Positions 27,501-41,125 of a stretch of DNA of 64,000 nucleotides are shown here, piece by piece (positions within the stretch are counted from its first letter, which is position 1; each line of letters starts with the position of its first letter). Source of the DNA: the human T2T-CHM13v2.0 reference genome, Homo sapiens; NCBI RefSeq assembly GCF_009914755.1, contig NC_060926.1. The stretch is one strand, 5' to 3'. Made by a program: the position numbers and the translations under genes. Below the pieces are notes generated by a model. It was given only the letters and a program-made list of their open reading frames with translations, did not search any database and was not told the DNA's origin.

Positions 27501-29844
27501 TTTGAATTTTCAGAGAATAAATTGCCTTCATGAATTTTTCTTCATAAGCTTTTATCTTGTAAGTCATATTAGGAAACTTTGTTCATTAACTACTTAACTT
27601 TTCATCTTGGATTATAGATGAAGAGGAAAACCTCTGAAAATATAATTCTAAGGAAATTGGATGTGATACATTCCATCCAGAAAACAGTTTTGTTGAATGA
27701 TCACTGCTCAGGAAGACTGTCAGAAATTCTTATCAATGCACTTGGCTAAAAATCATCAAGGCAATAATTTTATGGTACTTTATATTTTCAAGTAGAATTA
27801 TATTTATTAAGCCTGATTAGTAGTCAATGGACCTATGAAGCTTGAAGCAAAGTAGTATCAGATTCATCAATCAAAGCATTAGAGGGTTAGAGGATTTTGC
27901 AAGATTATGTAGCCAGCACTCTTCCCATATTTAGACCTCAATGGTTCCAGGTTGTAAGAATCTATTCCACGATATTTTAAAAGCCCTCAGGATTCCCTAA
28001 GAATTTATTACCAAAAAAAGTATTGTATGGCAGCATGTAGCAATAATAAAATAGGTTTATGATATTTTTAAGCACAAAACTGAGACACTTTGATGATTTG
28101 TCTTTCTCCTAATTTCAAAAATTCATGAAATACTTGCTAATAACTACTTTCTTATTTCTAGAAGATCCTTAAAACTTTAATGAGAATGGTTAGAGCATCT
28201 ACTTAAAATAACCACAGCTCCGACTTAACCCATTTAAATGGTCTTCCAATAAGAGAGGAAAGCAAAAAGGAGAAAACCAGAAAAAAATCAGAAAAAAAAT
28301 GTCTGATATTTGCAGGCCACCTGAGGACTGAGCATGAATTTGAACAGTCTTTAAGAGCTGCCAGTTCATCGGAGTCAGCAGCACATGGGAATTCAGCCTA
28401 CCAAGTGGCAGAAACTCTGCCTCCTCAGCCATCCTCTTAAAAGCCCATTTTCTCCAGCAGATCCCTGAAGGGCTGAGATGAAAGACATGGCATAAACAGG
28501 ACTGGCCTTCAGATGCCCACAATATGTGGGAGACCTGAGGTTAGAATTAATAGATACGGGTATCTTTAGCTGTTTTTGTCTCCAAACATCTTGAGACCAG
28601 GTCAAATTTAGAAACAATTCTATTTGAGGAACTAAACCAGAAAGATTTATCAGTTAGGGTCAGGTTCAATTTCAAAAATATTTTTGTTTGGCCAGCTTTG
28701 CTTTCCAGCTTTGCTTTAGGAAAGCGTGGGTTTAAGGTTTGGTAAAACTCATTTACTAATTAAGGCTATTCTGTAGAACTATTTTCCAGCTCAAGCTGGA
28801 ATTAAGATTCAGACATTTTTGGAGTGTGGTACATTGATCCTCAGGAAGTTATTGGAAGAATCAATTTTCTGGAGAGGTTTGGTCTAAAGGATCTTCTACA
28901 CACAGGGTAAGGTAGTTAAAAAAGAAAAGCAAAATTAGATAAAATGTGCTAATTATTGAAGGACAATCCTAAATTAGAGATTTGGAAGAATCATAGAGAA
29001 TGAATCTTTCCAGCAGCTAAGAATGCTCTGAACTGGGGGCAAAGGGTGAGAGTTCAGAAAAAATAGCATATAATAAATCACTGATATTCATCCTTGGTAA
29101 AAGGACTTGTGCCTCCCAGTCTCTTCTAAAGCTTACATTCTTGAGTGTGGTGGGGTTGGGGATGAGTGTTGGGTGTTGGAATTTCTATGGAGTTTGGGGA
29201 AGTCAAACACAGAGAAGATTTTTATGGTATTTCTATCAAAAACCCTAGAGTCTAACAAGTCTCATAGAGTCTGTCACATATGACTCAGGACCAGAAGGGT
29301 ACCATGGAGGTGTAAAGTTAAGAAAAAATTTCACTAGCATAACAGGAGGTGAAAGAGCAAGGCAAGTGTGGGAATATTGGGAAAGTAGGGGTGAGGGTTA
29401 GGACAACTCATCATCAGAAGTGGTTAAGGATCAACAGATCCCATAAGAATGTTACGGAACAATAAATACTTTATGTATATTACTAGTGTGATAAATGGTC
29501 AATATAAAAGCTAAGAGCAATGATCACAACTATCAGACTTTGGGACCAGGAATGGAGAATGTGCGTTGAAGTGCATTTAAGGTAACTCTTCTTTCAGAGT
29601 GAGGGGGAAATAGGTGTCATCTTTATTAAAGAGTGTCAATAAGCATATCATTGACAATTACAGAGGGAACCATCATAAGATCTAAAAACAATCAAGATGA
29701 AAAGAGATTCATAGAGAATGGATAAGGAAATAAAGAAATAGACCAATGTTATACTTTAGCTTATTTTTTTTCTGTACAATTTAATGTTACTATGAGCAAG
29801 AATTACTATAATAAAGATGCAATGACAGTAACAATAATATCATT

Positions 29845-30080
29845 TGTGTAGTGGTTAAATCCATGGAGGTAAGTGTGCTTGGGTTTTAAATCTAGCACTT
29901 ATTCAGAGGCTTGAGAAACTTTCTTTAACCTCTCTCATCTTAGTGTCTTCACGTGTAAAATCAGGGAAATTGTAGCTTATTCCTAGGATCACTGCAAGGA
30001 TTTAATCAGTGAGTCTGTTCTCTGAAAGTGAATCTGTGTACAGCATTTAGACATATGGTAAATGCTATGGAAATATTAGG
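29845..30080 (+). mobile_element. MIR SINE
   Basis: GTGTAGTGGTTAA...TTTAACCTCTCT...GTCTTCACGTGTAAAAT...AGCATTTAG. Confidence 0.6.
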
Positions 30081-30163
30081 CTTTACTGCATAATACTTCT
30101 GATCCTTAACAGATTTATATTTGTCTACATAATGGTGATTCCTAAATCTACATAACTGGGGTT

Positions 30164-30721
30164 TGTGATGGTTAATTTTATGTATTAATTTGAGTGGACC
30201 ACATGGTGTTCACATTAAACATTGTTTCTGGTGTGTCTGTGAGCATGTTTCCAGAGGAGATCAGCATTTGAATTATTGGTCTTAGCAAAATAGAGTGTCC
30301 TCCCCAGTGTGGGTGGGCTTTGTCCAATCCATGGAGGGTCTGAATAGGTTGAAATGTGGAAGGAGGACGCACCCCTTTTGTTCGTGCCTCACTACTTGAG
30401 TTGGGACATCTCATCTCATAGCCTCCTGTCTTGGGACTGGGGTTTACATCACTGGCTCCAGTGACTTTCAGGCCTTCAGGCTGAATTACACCACGGGCTT
30501 TTCTGATGCTCTGGTTTGCAGATCTCAGATGGGGGACTTCTCAGCCTCCACAATAATGTAAGCCAACTTTTTATAATAAATATCTATATATGTGTGTAAT
30601 ATATGTGTTTTATATATATATATATGAATAAATATGTATATATAGATACATATGTGTGTGTGTGTATATATACATATATCTCCTATTGGTTCTGTTTTTC
30701 TGAAGAACCCACACTAATACA
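30164..30721 (+). mobile_element. MLT2 (ERVL) solo LTR, complete
   Basis: Starts TGTGATGGTTAATTTTATG, ends TCCTATTGGTTCTGTT...CTAATACA, with an internal TA tract. Confidence 0.88.
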
Positions 30722-33594
30722 ATTATATCAACTTCTTCCAAATGGGTTACTTCCTCTTCATCCCACAGCCTGAGTGCCAGGTTGAGATCCCACTGTATCT
30801 CACAGGGTTCACTGCAGTAACTCCCTTCCAGGCCTCCTTCCTCTCCCTAGGCTTTCAGTCCTCTAACTCCTTCTCCAAACTTCCTCCAAAAGATTTTGCT
30901 AACTTGAACAGATTCCTCTTTCTCTATTAAAGTCTTTAATTATTCTCAATTGTGTAAGGAGAGTTTCCACTTCTTGATAAAGCAGCAAATCTATTTTGCT
31001 CTCCTGCCTTCTGATCTTAACATCTCGTGAGCAAGCCATGCTAATTTTTTGTATTTATCCAAAAAATCTATAGAGATAATAGTTTCGTTCTATAGCAATT
31101 GAGCCTCATCCAACATAGATACTAGGATTTCAGTACATGCTTACTGAACGAATGAATGAATTAATGAGATAATAGAACTATAATAATGCTGTTGTTTGCT
31201 TGATTCTAGGAATAGATAACATTTTTTCTAATCCTGAAGGTCTCAAATATTACATTTATAGGCTTCTGTGTCATATAAGTCCAATATGATGAGAAAATAA
31301 AAACCAATCTTTTCCCACATGTTTGGGGCTCATAGTCTTACCCAGAGTTGATCCTAAATACATATTTGTTAAATAATACATGAATGGCTAAGTGGATGAA
31401 TGAATTAATATGTGTTCACTCTGAGCTCAATAATGCCTATTAAACAAAGCTAATTGAATTTAACTCCCAGCTGTATTTGAATTTTCATATTTTTAGAATT
31501 AAAAATTTCAATCCCTAGTATAGTTAAATGTCTTGGTGTTCTTAAAATAGGTGACATTTAAATGCAAAATTAGAGCCCAAAATCGTGTATTCAATGTTTT
31601 ATCTTACAGTTCAGTGCATAGAATCTTTTACTCTATTAAAAGCATTCACCCCCAAACATTAGTCTCCTTTTCAGCCTTCATATGTTCTTGCTATGCAAAT
31701 GGCACAGAGAATCCCAGCTCACCAGGAGTTGTAAAGGGCCTTAGTCCCATCACCTGTGAGCGTGAACGCTGTGAAGGCAGATCTTTTCAAAGCAGAGTGG
31801 ACGAGGGCCCAGACAGTTTAAAGTGGGTGTGTGATTAATATGGGATGGTGAATGGTAATGGCTGGGATCCAACAAGCACAGGAAGACAAGGAGAGGAGCT
31901 CAGCTCAGTGGAAAGACCTGGTTGTATGTAAAAGGCTGATAAGAAAAAACCTCAATAAATTGTTTGGTCTTTAAAATGCCAGGTTAGCCTGGAGAATTGG
32001 GCCAAAGCTTAGTGGATATGAACCAGCTTCTGAGTTTCTTTTATTCTCCCTCACTTTTTCAGTATCACAACTATTACCAAAGACTGGAGGGGCATATCTC
32101 TTGCTTTCTTCTTCAGGATGGGGATATTGGGAGCCTCTGAATGGAGTTGACATGACGAAAAACAGCTTGAACTTTAGAAAAGCAAATGAGTTTATCTCAT
32201 TTCAATTACAGGGTTTTGTGTCTCCTATTTAGTTATAAGAAGGCAGTATAAAAATTTAATTGCCTAGAGGCAGAAAACTGTGACAAACCTTATTCTTATT
32301 CCCTATGTTGCTTCTTGGATTTTGACAGCATGAGCTCTGGGTATAATTTCAAAGTGAACTAAGTAACAACACCACTGAAAGGGAGTGGTTAAGTCAGTCA
32401 GTGATAATCAATAGAAGTAATGAATAAATAAATCTGACCCTGAAGTCAAAAAGGAACTTAAAATTTATTTCTTGCTTCCAGATAAGAATGGCAATTAAAA
32501 TAATAGTTCTATTCCTGGATGAGACCATGGGTTAGTGCATACTTTAAAGTGACTTAAGAGTTGATTTGGACCTTAACAATTGTGACACAGGAACTCTGAC
32601 ATAAAACAAATTTCTTCGGGTCTCTCTGCGATTCTTTCATCTGGGCCAGATTTTGACTTCAGTTTTGACAACTAGCTAGTCTGTACATTCATTGCCGTAA
32701 TCACATTTCAAAAGTATGCATTTTTCTTTTGTAATTCTCTACTTACTCCTCTAGAAGCTGTTCTGCTTCATGAGGAAGGGGTTACACCAGTTCTGTCCAC
32801 TCTAATCTATCAGCACATAGCATGGTACCTGACATAACTTGTGCTTAATTAATGGGTGCTGAGTAAAAGAGTAATGAGGTGCATTTGAAGACTAACTGTT
32901 GGACAGAACAAGTCATTGGAGGACAGCATGAGTATCAACAGTTGGTAACTGCAAAAAAGATTTTGGTGAAATTCAAGTAAAGACTGGTTAAAATTTTCCC
33001 AAAATGAAATAAATTCATTTATTAATTTTGGGAAAATGTGAGCTGTTGAATTCCCTTTTACTTAGGAAAAATTTTATACTGGATCCTGGTAACAATCAAG
33101 GAGCAATGTATTGCTCAGGACATACAAAGCCTTTGATGACATAACCTTCCACTGTCCCTGGGCTTCTCCTGACCTTTCAGGCTTTTCTTCCTTCCCAGTC
33201 CATTTGCATTTCCCACTCTGTCCTTCCTGATTGTCTCCATTGCTTTTGTCGGTATGCTTCCTCTCCCTGGAACAATTATCTCCTCTTTGCAAGTAATCTC
33301 ACTACCATTCTCTACATTTTAGAGTTAAAACTTTTGAGCATCCCTTCTGTGACTTGTGACCTCACTCTTTCTTTCTAACCTATTCCCTTTGGTAACTATC
33401 TCACTGCATTTTATGTATGCATTTTCCTTTTTCCCGAAGAGCATGAATCTATTGAAGTCAGAGATAATTTCTTATATCTTACTGAATCCCCACCATGGAA
33501 AATAGACTTCATGCTTCTCAGGGTATCAACAAATGACGGTAGAATGAATAAATCAGTGACTACTGGCCTAAGCTGTAAAGATTGCCTTGCTGCT

Positions 33595-34032
33595 TATGAT
33601 GATTAATTTCATGTGTCAACTTGACTGGGCCATGAGGTGCCCAGTTATTTGGTCAAACATTATTCTGAGTGTTCCTGTGAGGGTGTTTTGTGATGCTTAA
33701 CATTTAAATCAATAGATTGAACAAAGCAGATTGTCCTCCCCAAACTGGGTAGGTCTTCTTCGATCAGTTGAAGGCCTGAATGAAACAAAGAGGTTGACCC
33801 TTCCCTGAATACAAGGAAATTTCTCCTGCCTGACTGCCTTAGAGCTGGGAGATTGCTTTCTTCTTGTCTTTGAACTTGAATGGAAACATCAGCTCTTCTT
33901 GCATCTTAAGCCTACCAACTTTTGGACTGAAACTACATCGTTAGCCCTTCTGGGTCTCCAGTTTGCCAAATACAGAGCTTGGGACTTCTCAGCCTCCATA
34001 ATCATGTGAACCAATTCTTTACAATAAGTCTT
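33595..34032 (+). mobile_element. MLT2 LTR (3'-truncated)
   Basis: TATGATGATTAATTTCATGTGTCAACTTGACTGGGCCA...CTCCATAATCATGTGAACCAATTC. Confidence 0.85.
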
Positions 34033-34934
34033 TCTTGGAGGATGCTGACTAATCCACTTCTTGTCAGTCAAAGCAAAGTAACTTGGAACATTTCTCTCTT
34101 TGACTTTCTAATTCCTCCTGATATTTTATGTTTGGATATAGTGATCTAGTGACTGAGATTTTAAGATAAGCATCTGTGACCTATGAGTATTTTCTTTTCC
34201 TTTCTTTTCCTTTATTTTCATACCTTACCTGTGCCACTTTCTAGCTCTTCCTTATAAGTTTGAAATATGTATAAATTGAAAACATACAATTGTAGAGAAA
34301 GAACATGTTTTTCTTATGAATTTTATAAACATTTTCAACAACAAATGTTTAATAATATTTCTGCATATTTATATATAACCTATTTCCCTATCAATTATTT
34401 TTCAGTGATTCTAACTTATTGCTTTTTAGGAGCTTTGGAGATTTGAAAGATTAGTCCTGTACTTTCAGTGGTCAATTATTTTTAAAGGATTTCATAAAAC
34501 TTTAAATGCATTTTATCTACTTGAATACAGGTTTACAGCTGTATAAAAAACTAAATGTTCATTGACAGTCAAAAAAAGAAAGACAGAAATGTTTTATAGA
34601 GAGAATTAAAATATTAAGGCCCATATTTGGGGGGATAAAAGTATAATAAAACTCTAATTATTTAGAATTCTATTTTTTGCAGCATGGAAAGAATGCCCGA
34701 GATTATGGATGACATTAACGGTTATGATGATAATGACTGAAAATAAAAATAAAATACAAAGATAGGCCTTGGAAATTAAGTCACACTTAAAACTACTAAT
34801 AATACTCGATATGCTGTTGGTTAGAAAATTAATCAGAAGTAAAATAACATTATTGTTTTGGAATGGTGTTTGGACATTAACATTGTTAGCAAGAGAGAGA
34901 TGTTTCAAAAATATTAAGATCATGTCATTCTATG

Positions 34935-35430
34935 GCTTAGCAATCAACAGTGGTTTCTTGTCTTTGGCACAAAATCCAATTTCCGATTTTAATCCATACA
35001 TTCCTATTTGCTCTGGTCCCTGACTATGTATTCCTGTTCATGAAGTTTCAGCCCTCATGACCACATTCTTGCCAAGTTTATTTCTTCTTCAGTGTGTTTG
35101 TATTTGCTGTTTCTCATTATTCAACTGCTTTTTAGAAAATCTTATTGGTTTTTGTCTTTCAGATCTGAACTCAGAAGTCACCTTCCCGGCCTTCTCTGAG
35201 AATCTGATTTGATATGTGGTCCTTCCCTTCTGCTCCAAGCAACAGTCTGTACATCACTGCATTCATTTTCTTAAAGGCACTTATCAGAAATATTTTCTTC
35301 ATTTATTTATCTGAACTACCATCTTAGAATTCAAATTCCATGGGAGTAAGCGTCCTGTCTGTCTCATTCACTGCCACATTTCCAGCTCCTGGGAAACTGC
35401 CTGACAAGAAGCAAGAGGGGAGCTAGAATG
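34935..35430 (+). mobile_element. L2 fragment
   Basis: Pyrimidine-rich L2 3' region ending GTCTGTCTCATTCACTG...CCAGCTCCTGG...CTGCCTGAC. Confidence 0.5.
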
Positions 35431-37390
35431 ATCAAATGGGTTCCACATAAATCGTAATGTTGTCAAGGCCTTCCGGAAAAACCCTTAGAGTTAGCATTTG
35501 AGAATCTTTGCAGAGTGAATAATCCACTTTGTTTTTCCCTTTTCCCAAATACCACCACAAAATTCCACTCAAGGCATTTTCCCTTTCATCTCTCTTTCAG
35601 TGTTTTAAGTTGGGTATCTATCTCTTATTTCATAAATTTGCAGATTATGTGAAGATGAATTATATAGATATTTTATTCAGATGATGGACTCAAGATCTTA
35701 TCCAGAAAAACCTACATCTCACAATAGGCAGTAGACCATTTATAACACAATTGAATTAAGTCACTTTAATATCATAGGTGATATTCATCAAAGGATGCTA
35801 CAATAAACACAATCCAATGCATTCTTATCCATATTTTATAATATATTTAAATAATTAAGTGGATATTTAATAATTGGGAATGGGCTCATGTTATAAAAAA
35901 CAATTCTTAAAAGTCAGGATTAAATTTAAGAAAATTCAAAGATACATTTCCTCTATAAGGAGACTGAGATAAAAATCACTATTACTGGGAACTAGAAGTT
36001 TAATTTTTCACAGACATTACTTGGTTGTGCTGAGATTTGTGGGTTGTCAAAACAAAGATGCTGCCTGCAGACACCTGAGAATAAATGCTTCCTTGAAGTC
36101 ACTGGATACGCTTTTCATAATGTCATTTATACTTGACTCTTAGAACATTAAAAAGTGTAAATCATTCTTCAGAAACTAAATGAGGTAGCTGTGGCAAAAA
36201 TTCAGTTTTGGCTGTGCTTTTGGCAGATTTCTGGGGCAGGTCTCTACCTGGCCTCAGGAAGAGGATTACTGTCACTTGAAGAGCACTTGAAGTAGCTCCT
36301 TGCCGAGATCACCATGATCTTCAATGGATTTATAACATGATTGGATTGTAGGCGTGCTGGAAAAATGCCCTGCCATTATACTCTCTGAATCACCCTTAGT
36401 TTATAAGGAAAATAAACTCTAATTTATGCTAAGGAAAAAAATTCAAATATGCATATAACTCTAGTATTTCTTTCTTCAATAAATTTATTGAATATCCACT
36501 AGGTGCTAAAGAAGCTACCTGAAAGATTAATAGGATACAATTATACAAGCAACTAGCAACTTAGTGAATGGGATAAATATATCTGCTTGCAATGATGATA
36601 TATTGCAACATGAATATTGTAGAGCACCAAAACTCAACTTGAGAGAAAACGTGAGATAAACATTTCTGTAGAAGATCAGTTGAGTCTTAAAAAAAAATTA
36701 GGAGGGTTTAGTAGTTCAAGGCAGAGTGGAGAAACACAGAACATTTTATGCGAAGGGGCACAGAAGTGAAAGCACAGATCGTGGTGTGGTGTTTCAACAG
36801 TGAAGTTTAGGCATTGTTGACAGTTCATGGCAGAAAATGAGTATTCAGAGGCAGATTAAGACAGTGATATGAAAAGCTTTGCTAGGAAGCTTGACTTTTC
36901 AAAAATTCACCTTGCCTTTTCTGTATGCTTGACACTAAGAAGTTAGAAAGGTACACCTCATGTTCCCCTGCCCTCCGCAACAAAAACGAGTGTACCCTTC
37001 ACATGTCGAGCACCAAAGACTACAGAGAATGGGTCTTTACTTCAGGTGTGGACTGGACAGAGTTTGCTTTGGGGAGGGAGTTGGGAATACCTCATAGATC
37101 ATTTCTTGTTTTCTTCATTCACTGCCCAAGGCAGGCCCTAATTTTCCATTCTCTAGTGCTACCCTCAAGATGGTCTGCCTTTTCTATGTGGTCCTTTCAT
37201 CCCCGTCTCTATCCCTGGTCTGACCTGGGATGTTCTCCACCCTGTAGCCTAGGATCTCTGCAAAAAGAAGAAAAAAGATAAAGACATACCAATTTACTGT
37301 GTTTCCTCGATTTCAAACATCTTTTACCTAGCCAAGAGTGGCTGGTTTGGAGAAAAAGTAAGAAAATTTTGCTTAAAGAATCTGTCTCCT

Positions 37391-37699
<309 letters not shown>

Positions 37700-40284
37700 T
37701 CTCCTTCTCCTACATTACCTGCTGTTAAAAGCAATATAAAATAGTCCCTTCTGTTATTTGGGAACTCCTCTGGTTAAGCCATGAAAGAAGTACGTACTTT
37801 GCCCTCAGAGCATTTTGCTGGACATGAGTGAAAAAGCTTTAAACCAGTATGAGCCATTGAAGGGTTTAAGCAGAAGAATGAAGAAGACTTGCTATCTGGA
37901 TTGTTTTGACAGGTGTTTGGCAGCACGTGGATGATACATTGAGAAGGACAACCCTGAAGTCAGGGATAACAAAACGCAGCAATTTTCATCATGGCAGGAA
38001 ACTCTCCTTTGGGAAAGGGGTGAGCTGTCAGAATATCGAGGGGATGAGTGTGGCTTTAAAAAAAAACAGTCATTTTACTTATTGTTTTCATTCAACAAAC
38101 TGTGTGAAAATTAACCTAACAAGATCTCATTTACTTTTGGTGATGCACTGTATTCAAAGATAGAGGTAGGAGAGACATGATTAGAAAGATCTTCAGAAAG
38201 TTAATATGGGAGGCTGTAGGGCATTCAGATAGGAAAATGAAAGAGGCATTTGGATGTGTAGTCCTGAAGCTTAGAAAAGGAAGCTGTGGTTTAAATTTAA
38301 CTGGTCAATAGTTAATCTCATGAGATCGTGTATCCAGGGTAGATGGGGATACTGGGAGAAAAATGAGAAGGCAAGCTTGATTGGTGACATAAAGATAAGG
38401 AAAAAAAAAAACACACACACACACATCAGAGAAGAAGGAAAAGAGGCATCAAGAAAAGTCTTCAGTACTCAACAAGGGTTCTAAAACTACTTCCTGCCCA
38501 GAGCAATTTTTGAGATTCATTCTAGACTCCATATCTAGGTACTGCATTATGACTTGGGTTCTCTCCTTCAACAACAAGAATGGATTGAATTATTTCCATG
38601 GGCGGGGAGTATATACTGTACAGGATATTGATTGGTGTCTTTCTCCTGACTTAGTAATCTAGACAATGGCTTATGTTATGTCCATAAGAGTGAAGGTTCA
38701 ACTATCATATACCATATATAGTAAATATGTATATATGTTATAGATATATATGTCCATATATGTATATATATGTATGAGTGTATGTGTATAAATTTCTTGA
38801 TTGAACTGTGAATTTGACATAAATCCTACTTGTGATATTCTCCTAAATATAATTTGGATTCCTTTCCAGTACCCATAAGGAAACATTTGAGATTTCAAAG
38901 TTCTAAACCATAGAATCTAAGCGTATTAAATGTGCTAATGAGAAGATAAAATAACCATATGACACAGGCATGACTATGAGAGTGATGTGCAAAGCTGCAT
39001 GAACTAACTCACATCCCTTGGCATAATCCTTTCTCCCTTGACTAAAACACATCCCTTTAGGAATGCTTTCTATTATTTTGTGCAGGGGAAAGTTCTTTCC
39101 ATCAGATCATATGTGATTTCAAATGAAATATATGAGATACAATAAAACCCAAGCCAACACCATTAAACCCATCTAGAAGGAGTGTTACATCCTGGGTTTG
39201 TCATAGGTGTAGTTTAAAATGCCTACAATGATTCAAATCCCTTAATTCTCATTTTAGTTAGTCAATTATGGTGCTGGGACCTCCCAAAATACCCTAGTTG
39301 TTAGATATTCCAAGATGGCACAAGAGAATGCCCGGGATATTCTAAGTGTAATATAAACTTGTTGATGTGATTCCCTAATTATGGAAGGGAGGGGTTTCAT
39401 ATTGCTCAATAAGATGGTGCTGCCAGTAAAATTTGCAGAGTGATTAATCAGGACTTTATTTTAAGTTCAGGCAACAAATTTCAACTTGACAAGGTCTGCC
39501 TATTCTATTACTTCTCCCTGAATTCTGTTCCTAGGCCTGTGGTCTGAGCATATGACTGTAGAGAAGCCAGTGTCAGATACCCTGTGGTTGTCGGGGAGCA
39601 TCTCTTTGCAGGGTCTTAACCCTTCCCCCGGCCTCTCTCCTCTGTGAGGTCCTGCCTCTTTTTAATGGGTATCTTGTGTTAGGCACCTCCCTAGTCTGAA
39701 CCAGAGCTGCCACTCCACGGGAGGAAGGGATGCTTTAGATCTTGATATGAAAAAGGAAAAGGGGGCAAGAACTCACTGTGACCTTATAGCATGACTTTGA
39801 TGCAAGGGGTCTTAATGGCAATCAGATCTTTACATAGTGAAGATTAACCTCTTGTTTGCATAGTGCCTGTCTCTTGTTAGGTGTTTCCCTGCCTTGCTTT
39901 GCACTGCATCATAGAAGAAATGTTTGCTATTGCCTTAGCCTGGATGGAGTGAGGGTCTGTGTTCAGCATAGAACGGGATAAAACCTACCTGCTCTACTAC
40001 ACAATCAGAACAATTACCATTTGTTCTTTGATCCCTGAGGTTTCCTTGGCTTGGTGGGGGATGGGGGTCTACACAAACATTTGCCTGAGACACTTTGAGA
40101 AAATACTCTGCTTATTTTATTAGGTATGAAGATCAAGGGTATATTGATCATCAAACAATTTAAACCCTTTGGTTTAGCAAATATGGTTTTTGTTTCTACA
40201 CTAGCGTGTTTATACATATATTCCTCTATGCAAATGTATGCTAATATATATACATGCATATATATGTGTGCTTTATATATAAGT

Positions 40285-40439
40285 GAATATGTGTATGTAT
40301 GTATGTACATGTATACCTACCTATTTATCTATCTACCATGCAAAGATAGGTCCTGAAGTTTGGGACCTATCTTTGCATGATGGATAGATAAATAGATAGG
40401 TACACATGTACATACATACATACATACATACACATACTC
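40285..40439. repeat. Long inverted repeat (arms ~70 nt, 9-nt spacer)
   Basis: Perfect inner 17 bp CATGCAAAGATAGGTCC (40337-40353) / GGACCTATCTTTGCATG (40363-40379), extending outward with few transitions. Confidence 0.95.
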
Positions 40440-40916
40440 GCAGAGTGAAATTGGTCTGTATAGTTATGTAGTGGTAGCAAGGAAAGTCAGGAGTAACTCA
40501 TAAACTGGTATGAGGAGAAGAGTGAGCCAGAGAAGGACTCTTGGGGGAAAGGAAGAAACCTAGACCAAGATAGGATATCAGAGATTGAGGAAAAAGATGG
40601 TTCATGAGAATTTCTCTGCAATGGAATTGGTCAATATAGTTAATTCATTTTGATATCAAATATTCACAATTTGCTTCTTGTTTTGTGCTGAGGCACAGCA
40701 ACAATTTTCACCACCTCCAACTTTTATTGAGAAGTTTCGCCTGCACTAGCTGCATGAAGAAGATGCCAGCTGGAGCCCAACAGCAGGGAAGACTCAACCA
40801 GCAGTGGTGGAGTGGGCAGCAGGTACTCCCTGAGGGTGGAAGGTGGGCCGGATGGAGGCTGGGTACTGCCTCACATGTGAAGGGTCACCCATGTGGCAGA
40901 TCCAGGCCAGTTAGCC

Positions 40917-41125
40917 CAATGGTTCTCCACAGGGTATGATTTTGTCCCCCAGGGGACCTCTGGCAATGTCTTGAGACATTTTGGTTGTCTTAATGGAGGA
41001 CAGGACAACTGGCATCTGGAGGAAGAGGCCAGAGATGTTACTAAACATTCTATAACACACAAGTCAGGCTCCACAACAGAGTTATCCACCTCCAATGTCA
41101 ATAGCGCTGAGGTTAAGAAACCCTA
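40917..41125 (+). mobile_element. MER20 (hAT-Charlie) DNA transposon
   Basis: CAATGGTTCTC...GATTTTGTCCCCCAGGGGAC...GGCAATGTCTTGAGACATTTTTGGTTGTC...AATGTCAATAGCGCTGAGGTTAAGAAACCCT. Confidence 0.9.

Noticed and set aside
28692-28717. 13-bp tandem duplication CCAGCTTTGCTTT x2
   Set aside because: Ordinary slippage-type microduplication with no functional context.
30164-34032. Two same-strand MLT2 LTRs as a possible provirus
   Set aside because: The LTRs differ in subtype, and the interval holds L2 fragments and unique DNA rather than gag/pol.
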